A stretch of 32,000 bases of DNA from NCBI RefSeq assembly GCF_000021865.1, contig NC_014034.1, positions 750,001-782,000 on the forward strand, given 5' to 3'. The notes under the pieces were generated by a model that saw only the letters and a list, made by a program, of their open reading frames with translations, was not told where the DNA came from and did not search any database. Below are positions 18,090-24,665 of the stretch, in pieces; positions within the stretch are counted from its first letter, which is position 1; each line of letters begins with the position of its first letter. Made by a program: the position numbers and the translations under genes. The DNA comes from Rhodobacter capsulatus SB 1003. Its GTDB lineage: Bacteria > Pseudomonadota > Alphaproteobacteria > Rhodobacterales > Rhodobacteraceae.

Positions 18090-18760
18090 ATCCGCCGCAG
18101 CGCCGCCTTGGCCACCAGCGGGCCGGTGGCGACACCTTCGGGCGATCCGCCCAGCGGTTCCTCGGTGATCGCCAGCACCGCCTCGGCCAGCATCGGCCGG
18201 ATCGCCTCGGGAATCGGCATCGCCGCCTTGCCCTGCCGCGGCATCACGCCCAGCGAAATCGGTTGTCCCGCGCCCGCGATCACCCACAATTCGAAATCAC
18301 GCCCCGGCGCGGGGGCATTCCCGCCCATCGAGACCCGCATCTCGCCGGTCTCGCTGTCGTAAAGCGCCGCCAGCCGCACCGTGCCATCGCTGGAGACCAT
18401 GTCCGAGACCAGCATCGGTCCGCGCGCGGGCAGGATCGGCTGCCCAAGCGTCAGAAGCGCCGCCAGAAACGCCACCGACAGCCCCGAGGCCCCGGCCAGC
18501 CAGCGCCACAGCCCGAAGCCCGCCTGCTCCGGCCGCCCGAAGACCCGGGTCTCGACCCCGGTCCAGACCCGCGCGGGCGGCGCCACCGGCATGACCTCGG
18601 CCGCCAGCGGATCGAAGCGGCTTTCCCAGCGCGCCACCTCGCGGGCGAAATCGGGATCGGTCGCGATCCGCCGCACCGCCGCCTGCCGTTCCGCCCCGGG
18701 CAGCGTGCCCAGCACATATTCCCCCGCCAGCGCGATATCGTCCTGTCGCATCCCGCTCAT
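18086..18760 (-). CDS. Anti-sigma factor, RskA (anti-sigma-K) family, single TM (about 224 aa)
   Basis: It has a cytoplasmic N-terminal domain, a TM segment (LWRWLAGASGLSVAFLAALLTLG) and an RskA-type C-terminal domain (FELWVIAG...PISLGVM...AITEEPLGGSPEGVATGPLVA). Its ATG overlaps the sigma stop as ATGA at 18757-18760. Confidence 0.82.
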   Translation of the reverse strand: MSGMRQDDIALAGEYVLGTLPGAERQAAVRRIATDPDFAREVARWESRFDPLAAEVMPVAPPARVWTGVETRVFGRPEQAGFGLWRWLAGASGLSVAFLAALLTLGQPILPARGPMLVSDMVSSDGTVRLAALYDSETGEMRVSMGGNAPAPGRDFELWVIAGAGQPISLGVMPRQGKAAMPIPEAIRPMLAEAVLAITEEPLGGSPEGVATGPLVAKAALRRI

Positions 18761-19302
18761 CCTTCCAGACACTCCCGCAGCGAGATCAGCGACCGCCGCA
18801 GCCAGGACCGCATCGTGTTGAGCGGCACGGCGAAACGCTCGGCCAGTTCCAGATAGCTTTCGCCCTCGACATAGGCACGCCGCACCGCCTCGGCCCGGGA
18901 AGCGTCAAGCCGCCCCAGACAGGCCTCGATCTGCCGCCCCTCCGAGGCGCGGATCGCCGCCGCTTCCGGGCCCGGGGCCTCGGCGGGCAGCTCCTCCAGC
19001 AGCTCGACGCCCACCTCGCCGCCCTTGCGCCGCCGCAGCCGGTCAAGGCACAGGTTGCGGGTGACCGCATTCAGCCAGGCGGCGGGACTCGCCACCTCGG
19101 GCACATAACGGTCGGCATTCATCCAGATCTTCACGAACACATCCTGCAAGGCATCCTCCGCTTCCCGGCGGTCCTTGAGGAGACGCAGGCAGAGGCCGAA
19201 AAGTTTCGCGCCCTGCACCGAATAAAGCCGCTCGAAAGCGGCACGGTCCGCCAGCGCCACCCGCGCCAGCATCTCGCCCAGATCCTGTCCCGCATCCGCC
19301 AT
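18757..19302 (-). CDS. ECF-type RNA polymerase sigma-70 factor (181 aa)
   Basis: Region 2 (EDALQDVFVKIWMNADRY) and region 4 HTH (SYLELAERFAVPLNTMRSWLRRSL) are both present. It is translationally coupled to the downstream anti-sigma gene. Confidence 0.9.
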   Translation of the reverse strand: MADAGQDLGEMLARVALADRAAFERLYSVQGAKLFGLCLRLLKDRREAEDALQDVFVKIWMNADRYVPEVASPAAWLNAVTRNLCLDRLRRRKGGEVGVELLEELPAEAPGPEAAAIRASEGRQIEACLGRLDASRAEAVRRAYVEGESYLELAERFAVPLNTMRSWLRRSLISLRECLEG

Positions 19303-19339
19303 CTGATCCGGTCGCCTTTCGCCATTTTGCTGTTCGGAC

Positions 19340-19367
19340 GCAACCTTTTGCCCGGCGCCCGCGTCTT
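19340..19367 (+). promoter_or_regulatory. Candidate ECF-type promoter GCAACC-N16-CGTCTT facing the TspO-like operon
   Basis: The AAC (19342-19344) and CGT (19362-19364) elements are 17 nt apart, in the divergent intergenic region about 100 nt upstream of the ATG at 19465. This is a motif-level match only. Confidence 0.25.
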
Positions 19368-19464
19368 GTCAAAACAAGAATGCCACGAGCCCCGCCGCAA
19401 TGACAATCGTCCCGGTTGCACTTCGCGGCGCGGACCCGCAGGATGGTTGAAAACGGAGACGAAG

Positions 19465-20172
19465 ATGGATCGCAGGTTGCTGGCGCCGCTGGTGCTGATC
19501 GTTGCGCTGACCTTTGCCGGCTCGCCCTTCCTGAGCGACGGCTTTCGCGGCTTCACGCCGTCGCAATTCCCGGTCGTGGCCGAGCGCTGGCCGGTGCAGC
19601 CGGTGGGCTGGGCGTTTTCGATCTGGGGGGCGATTTACCTTTGGCTGATCGCCGGGGCGGCTTACGGGCTGGTGCGGGCGTGGCGTGACCCCGCCTGGGC
19701 AGAGATGCGGCTGGCGCTGATCCTGTCGCTGGCGGTGGGCAGTTTCTGGATCACCGTGGCGAATTTGCAGCCGGTGCTGGCGACGGTGATGCTGATCTTC
19801 ATGGCGGCGACGGCGATTGCCGCCTTTCTGCGCGCGCCCGCCGGTCTGTGGGCGGCCGCGCCGGTCGGGCTTTATGCGGGCTGGGTGACGGCGGCCTGCG
19901 GCGTCGCCATCGCCATCACCCTGGGCGGGCAGGGGGTCTTGACCGGCCAGCAGGCGGCCTATCTGTCGCTGACGGGCGTCACCCTGACCGCGCTTCTGGT
20001 GGTCTGGCGCCGCCCCGAGGTGCCAAGCTATGCGTTCGGCGCGGGCTGGGCGCTCTTTGGGGTGATCGTGTCGAATGCCCGGGCGGGGGACTGGCCGGTG
20101 CTGGCTCTCGCCCTTGTCGGGCTTTTGCTTGTCGCGGCAACGCTTCTTTTGCGCAGGAGGAAACTGCAATGA
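19465..20172 (+). CDS. Polytopic membrane protein distantly related to TspO/MBR (235 aa)
   Basis: GGAGA at 19455-19459 precedes the ATG. I count about 7-8 hydrophobic segments. WPVQPVGWAFSIWGAIYLWL resembles tspO PPNWLFPVAWSTLYILM, and PVGLYAGWVTAACGVA resembles VPYVIWVTVAGALN, both from the canonical tspO in this same window. Confidence 0.6.
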   Translation: MDRRLLAPLVLIVALTFAGSPFLSDGFRGFTPSQFPVVAERWPVQPVGWAFSIWGAIYLWLIAGAAYGLVRAWRDPAWAEMRLALILSLAVGSFWITVANLQPVLATVMLIFMAATAIAAFLRAPAGLWAAAPVGLYAGWVTAACGVAIAITLGGQGVLTGQQAAYLSLTGVTLTALLVVWRRPEVPSYAFGAGWALFGVIVSNARAGDWPVLALALVGLLLVAATLLLRRRKLQ

Positions 20173-20720
20173 AACTCAAGCTGATGGCGGCCGCGGTGCT
20201 GACCGGGTTCGGGGCCTTTGCCGCCCCCGCCGCCCGCGCGACCGAGGCGGCGGCGCCGAGCTTCACCTTCGCCTCGATCGAGGGCGGGGTGATCGACACC
20301 GCCGCCTATCGCGGTCATCCGGTGCTGGTCGTGAACACCGCGTCGCTCTGCGGCTTCACCCCGCAGCTCGAAGGGCTGCAGGCGCTGCACAAGGCCTGGG
20401 GGCCGAAGGGGCTGATCGTGCTGGCCGTGCCCTCGGACGATTTCAAGCAGGAGCTGGAGAGCGGCAAGGAAGTCTCGGAATTCTGCACCCTGACCTATGG
20501 TCTGACCGTGCCGATGACCGACATCACCCCGGTTCTGGGCGAGGGCGCGCATCCGTTCTTCAAATGGCTGAAGGAGACGCAGGGCTTCGTGCCGCGCTGG
20601 AATTTCAACAAGGTGCTTCTGGATGGCGAGGGCCGGGTGGTCGCCACCTGGGGCTCGATGACGAAGCCCGAAAGCAGCGCGATCCGCGCCGCCTTCGAGC
20701 CGCTTTTGCCGGGGGCGTGA
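20169..20720 (+). CDS. Secreted glutathione peroxidase-family (Cys-type, BtuE-like) protein (183 aa)
   Basis: Signal peptide MKLKLMAAAVLTGFGAFAAPAARA. GPx motifs VNTASLCGFT and WNFNKVLL are present. The ATG overlaps the upstream stop as ATGA at 20169-20172. Confidence 0.88.
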   Translation: MKLKLMAAAVLTGFGAFAAPAARATEAAAPSFTFASIEGGVIDTAAYRGHPVLVVNTASLCGFTPQLEGLQALHKAWGPKGLIVLAVPSDDFKQELESGKEVSEFCTLTYGLTVPMTDITPVLGEGAHPFFKWLKETQGFVPRWNFNKVLLDGEGRVVATWGSMTKPESSAIRAAFEPLLPGA

Positions 20721-20729
20721 GTGGCGAAA

Positions 20730-20861
20730 ATGATCCGCAAGGGCGATCTGGCGCAAAAGATCTGCGCCGGATGCGGCCGCCCGTTCAGCTGGCGCCGGAA
20801 ATGGGCGCGGGACTGGGAAAACGTCCGGTTCTGCTCTGACCGCTGCCGCCGCGCGCGATGA
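20730..20861 (+). CDS. DUF2256-type small zinc-ribbon protein (43 aa); absent from the ORF track
   Basis: Hand translation gives [43 protein letters not shown]. This is the CxxC...CxxxC pattern with the WRRKWARDW core as I remember DUF2256. Its stop overlaps the photolyase ATG as ATGA at 20858-20861. An in-frame GTG at 20721 is an alternative start. Confidence 0.7.
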   Translation: MIRKGDLAQKICAGCGRPFSWRRKWARDWENVRFCSDRCRRAR

Positions 20862-22417
20862 GGCTGGTTTTCATCCTTGGCGATCAGCTGACGCGGGGGA
20901 TCTCGTCCTTGGACGGGATCGAGCCCGCGCGCGATGTGGTGCTGATGGTCGAGGTCGCGGCCGAAGCGACCTATGTGCGGCACCACAAGCAGAAACTGGT
21001 TCTGGTCCTCTCGGCGATGCGGCATTTCGCGGAGGAGCTGCGGGCCGAGGGGATCAGGGTCGATTACGTGCGGCTGGACGATCCGGGCAATCTGCAGGAT
21101 TTCACCGGGGAACTCGCCCGGGCCGTGGCGCGGCATCGCCCCGAGGCGGTGGTGGTGACGCATCCGGGCGAATGGCGGGTGCTGGAGCTGATGCGGGGCT
21201 GGCCCGGGCGGATCGGTGTTCCGGTCGAGATCCGCGAGGATGACCGCTTCCTGTGTGCGCCCGCCGAATTCGCCCTGCTGACGGCGGCGGGCAAGACCGG
21301 GCGGATGGAATATTTCTACCGCGAGATGCGGCGGCGCACCGGGCTTTTGATGGAGGGGGCGAAACCCCTTGGCGGGAAATGGAATTTCGACGCCGAGAAC
21401 CGCAAGGCCCTGCCGCGCGGCCATCGGGCGCCGAGACGCAGACGGTTTGCCCCCGATGCGGTGACGGCCGAGGTGATGACGCTGGTCGAGGCGCGGTTTG
21501 GCGATCACTTCGGCAGGCTGGATCGTTTTGGCTGGCCGGTGACGCGCGCCGAGGCGCTGCAGGCGCTGGAGGATTTCCTGCGCGTCGGTCTGCCGTCGTT
21601 CGGGGATTGGCAGGATGCGATGCAGGCGGGCGAGGATTTCCTCTATCATGCGCTGATCGCGCCTGCGCTGAACATCGGGCTTCTGACCGCGCTTGAGGTC
21701 GCGGCGGCGGCGGAACGGGAATATCATGCGGGCCGGGCGCCCCTGAACGCGGTCGAGGGTTTTATCCGGCAGGTGATCGGCTGGCGCGAATTCGTCCGCG
21801 GGATTTATTGGACCGAAATGCCCGGCTATGCGGCGACGAATGCGCTGAATGCCACGCGGCCCTTGCCCGCCTTTTACTGGACCGGCGCGACACGGATGCG
21901 CTGTCTGGCCGAGGTGATCCGGGGCACGCGCGACAATGCCTATGCGCATCACATCCAGCGGCTGATGGTGACGGGGAATTTCGCGCTTCTGGCGGGGATC
22001 GCGCCCGCAGAGATCGAGGAATGGTATCTGGCGGTCTATGCCGATGCGTTTGAATGGGTGGAACTCCCGAATGTGCATGGGATGGTGGCCCATGCCGATG
22101 GCGGGCGGCTGGGGTCGAAACCCTATGCGGCGGCGGCGGCCTATATCGGGCGGATGTCGGATTACTGCCGCGGCTGCGGCCATGATGCCAAGGCGCGGAC
22201 CGGCAAGAACGCCTGTCCGATGAATTACCTGTACTGGAATTTCCTGATCACCCATCAGGACCGGTTCGGAAAGAATCCCCGGATGGCGCTGCCCTACAAG
22301 GCGCTGACTGCGATGGGGGAGGGGGAGCGGGCAGCGATCATGGCCGAGGCCGAGGCGTTCTTCGCGCGGATGGCGGCGCCCGAGGCGCCGTCGGGGCAGT
22401 TGTCGCTGGGGTGGTAG
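20858..22417 (+). CDS. FeS-BCP / CryPro family cryptochrome or (6-4) photolyase (CryB/PhrB-like, 519 aa)
   Basis: The N-terminus ([10 protein letters not shown]...[34 protein letters not shown]...[18 protein letters not shown]...[11 protein letters not shown]) closely resembles A. tumefaciens PhrB as I recall it. Four Cys are in the Fe-S cluster pattern (RMRCLAEV; [19 protein letters not shown], i.e. CxxC-N12-C). Confidence 0.9.
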   Translation: MRLVFILGDQLTRGISSLDGIEPARDVVLMVEVAAEATYVRHHKQKLVLVLSAMRHFAEELRAEGIRVDYVRLDDPGNLQDFTGELARAVARHRPEAVVVTHPGEWRVLELMRGWPGRIGVPVEIREDDRFLCAPAEFALLTAAGKTGRMEYFYREMRRRTGLLMEGAKPLGGKWNFDAENRKALPRGHRAPRRRRFAPDAVTAEVMTLVEARFGDHFGRLDRFGWPVTRAEALQALEDFLRVGLPSFGDWQDAMQAGEDFLYHALIAPALNIGLLTALEVAAAAEREYHAGRAPLNAVEGFIRQVIGWREFVRGIYWTEMPGYAATNALNATRPLPAFYWTGATRMRCLAEVIRGTRDNAYAHHIQRLMVTGNFALLAGIAPAEIEEWYLAVYADAFEWVELPNVHGMVAHADGGRLGSKPYAAAAAYIGRMSDYCRGCGHDAKARTGKNACPMNYLYWNFLITHQDRFGKNPRMALPYKALTAMGEGERAAIMAEAEAFFARMAAPEAPSGQLSLGW

Positions 22418-22421
22418 TTTT

Positions 22422-22443
22422 GGCCGCGGCCGGTGACGCGGCC
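22422..22443 (+). terminator. Hairpin after the photolyase gene: 7-bp stem ggccgcg/cgcggcc with an 8-nt loop
   Basis: Read directly from the sequence, 5 nt after the stop and preceded by tttt. Weak evidence. Confidence 0.3.
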
Positions 22444-22467
22444 ATGCGAGACAGCGATTTTGGCGAC

Positions 22468-22637
22468 GCCGAGTGCTTCAGGCACTCGGCCAGCGCCCGC
22501 CCCGCCCCATGGCGGGCGCTTTCGAGCCGCCCGGGCCGGGCGCTGGCCTCTGTTGCACCTGGGATTGGCGGTCGTGTCGAGGCGTTGCGCTGCGGGCGGG
22601 GAAAGGCGCTGCCTTTCCTGTTCCGCCCGAAACCGGA
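22468..22637 (+). repeat. Structured GC-rich intergenic element, copy 2 (paired with 2514-2680)
   Basis: Same block order and orientation as copy 1. It fills the photolyase/ABC-permease convergent gap and ends at the permease stop codon (22638-22640). Confidence 0.7.
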
Positions 22638-23546
22638 TCAGCGGCCGCGAATGCGCGGATCAAGCGCGTCGCGCAACCCGTCGCCGATGTAGTTCACGCT
22701 GAGCACTGTCAGCGAAATCGCGATGCCGGGCAGGATCACCCGCCAGGGGTAAAGCTGGATCTGATCGACGGCATCGAACAGAAGCCGCCCCCAGGTCGGG
22801 AAATCGGGCGGGAAGCCGAGGCCCAGGAACGACAGCGCCGATTCCGTGATGATCGCCGAGGCGATGCCGAGCGTCGCCGAGACCATGATGGGCGACATCA
22901 CGTTGGGCAGGATGTGGCGCAGCACCAGCCGATGCGCGGGCGTGCCGATCGAGCGCGCCGCCAGCACGAATTCCCGTTCCTTCAGCGCCAGCACCTCGCC
23001 GCGCACGATGCGGGCGGTCTGCATCCAGGAAGTCGCGCCGATCGCGGTGACGATCAGCAGGAAGATCCCGCCCTCGGGCCCGAAGCCCTTCGAGAGCGGA
23101 TCGCGGAACAGCGTCACCATCAAAAGCAGCAGGGGAAGCAGCGGCAGCGCCAGGAAGAGGTCGGTGAGCCGCATCAGATGCCCGTCAAGGCGTTTGAAAT
23201 AGCCCGCCAGCACGCCGATCGTGGCGCCAAGGAAGATCGAGAGCGACATCGCGGTCAGTCCGACCGAGATCGAGACCTTGCCCCCCGCCATCATCCGCGC
23301 CAGGAGGTCCCGGCCCAGCTGGTCGGTGCCCAGCGGATGGGCAAGCGAGAAGCCCTTGTTGCGGGCGCGGAAATCGACATAGGTCGGGTCGATGTGCCAC
23401 ACGAGCGGCCCGATCAGGATCAGGCCGAGGATCGCGACAAAGATCGTCAGGCCGACCAGCGCGCCCTTGTGGGTCTTGAACTGGTCCCAGACATCCCACC
23501 ACTGGTTGCGCGGCGGGCGGATTTTGGCAGCGGTGGTGTCAGTCAT
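22638..23546 (-). CDS. ABC transporter permease, DppC/OppC-like (about 302 aa)
   Basis: BPD-transport inner-membrane component with the N-terminal OppC-type segment (WDVWDQFKTHKGALVGL). The ATG at 23546 overlaps the upstream permease stop by 8 nt. Confidence 0.9.
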   Translation of the reverse strand: MTDTTAAKIRPPRNQWWDVWDQFKTHKGALVGLTIFVAILGLILIGPLVWHIDPTYVDFRARNKGFSLAHPLGTDQLGRDLLARMMAGGKVSISVGLTAMSLSIFLGATIGVLAGYFKRLDGHLMRLTDLFLALPLLPLLLLMVTLFRDPLSKGFGPEGGIFLLIVTAIGATSWMQTARIVRGEVLALKEREFVLAARSIGTPAHRLVLRHILPNVMSPIMVSATLGIASAIITESALSFLGLGFPPDFPTWGRLLFDAVDQIQLYPWRVILPGIAISLTVLSVNYIGDGLRDALDPRIRGR

Positions 23547-24546
23547 AGCGGATCCGGGGATCGAGGATGCCGTAAAGCAGATCGGCAATCAGGTTGAAAA
23601 GCACGATCAGCACGGCGAAGATGAAGGTCAGCGTCATCACCATCGGCAGGTCGTTGGCGTGGATGGCCAGGATCAGCTGCTGGCCGAGCCCGTTCACCTT
23701 GAACACCTGTTCGGTGATGATCGCGCCGCCGAAGATCGAGGGCACGCCCAGCGCGATCACGGTGACGACCGGGATGAGCGAGTTGCGCAGCACGTGGATC
23801 AGCACCACGACCCGCTCGGTCAGGCCCTTGGCGCGGGCGGTGCGGACGTAATCCTGCCCGAGGTTGTCAAGCATGGAAGACCGCATGAACCGCGAGATCT
23901 GCGCCGCGTTGAAGAGCGAGAGCACCGTGACCGGCATCACCATCTGCCGGAGCTGCTTCGTGAAGCTGTCCCAGTCGGTGACCTGCAAGGTGGTGTCATA
24001 GACCATCGGGAACCATTGCAGCTTGACCGCGAAGATCACGATCAGCACGACGCCGGTAAAGAAGGTCGGCACCGAAAAGCCGATCATCGAGATGAAGGTG
24101 CCAAGGTTGTCGAACCAGGAATATTGCCGGTAGGCCGACAGGATGCCGATCGGCACCGCGATCAGGACGCCGATCACATAGGCCGAGCCGACGACGATCA
24201 GCGTCTGCGGCATGCGCTGCGCGATGATGTCCATCACCGGCTGGCGCGACTGGAACGAGATCACCCGCTGCATGTCATCGGCCAGATGCGTGCCGAAGAG
24301 CGTGTCGATCAGATGCATCGGCTCGATCCAGAACATCTGCTTGAGCCAGAGGAAATAGCGCACATACCACGCGGCATCGAGGCCGAGCGCACTGCGCATC
24401 TTCGCCTTCACTTCGGGCGGCACGGTCAGGGGAACCTCGCCCAGGGGGTCGCCGGGGGCGGCCTCCAGAAGCAGGAAGATCACCAGAGAAATGATCAGAA
24501 GCGTCGGGATCGCAATCAGCAATCGTCGCATCGTATACTGGAACAT
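23539..24546 (-). CDS. ABC transporter permease, DppB/OppB-like (335 aa)
   Basis: Starts MFQYTMRRLLIAIPTLLIISLVIFLLLEAAPGDPLGE, the canonical DppB-type N-terminus. The EAA-loop region is TARAKGLTERVVVLIHVLRNSLIP. Confidence 0.9.
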   Translation of the reverse strand: MFQYTMRRLLIAIPTLLIISLVIFLLLEAAPGDPLGEVPLTVPPEVKAKMRSALGLDAAWYVRYFLWLKQMFWIEPMHLIDTLFGTHLADDMQRVISFQSRQPVMDIIAQRMPQTLIVVGSAYVIGVLIAVPIGILSAYRQYSWFDNLGTFISMIGFSVPTFFTGVVLIVIFAVKLQWFPMVYDTTLQVTDWDSFTKQLRQMVMPVTVLSLFNAAQISRFMRSSMLDNLGQDYVRTARAKGLTERVVVLIHVLRNSLIPVVTVIALGVPSIFGGAIITEQVFKVNGLGQQLILAIHANDLPMVMTLTFIFAVLIVLFNLIADLLYGILDPRIRYD

Positions 24547-24585
24547 CGGCGCCTCGGCTCGTCTCTCTTTCCTTCGGGGGGTGGC

Positions 24586-24619
24586 GGGGGGGCGCCGGGC
24601 CGCAGCGCCCCCCCCCCCC
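24586..24619 (-). promoter_or_regulatory. Intra-operon GC hairpin (10-bp stem gggggggcgc/gcgccccccc) containing a 12-nt homopolymer (C12 on plus, G12 in the mRNA)
   Basis: Read directly from the sequence. It lies in the 119-nt gap between the binding-protein gene and the first permease gene. Confidence 0.4.
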
Positions 24620-24665
24620 TGGGGAACCGGCCCTGCCGGTCGACGTACGGTCTCTTATCCTGCGA

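Noticed and set aside
24575-24595. G-quadruplex potential of the G6-T-GG-C-G7 tract on the plus strand.
   Set aside because: There are only two long G-runs with very short linkers, and the region is better explained as one arm of the GC hairpin. There is not enough evidence for a G4 call.
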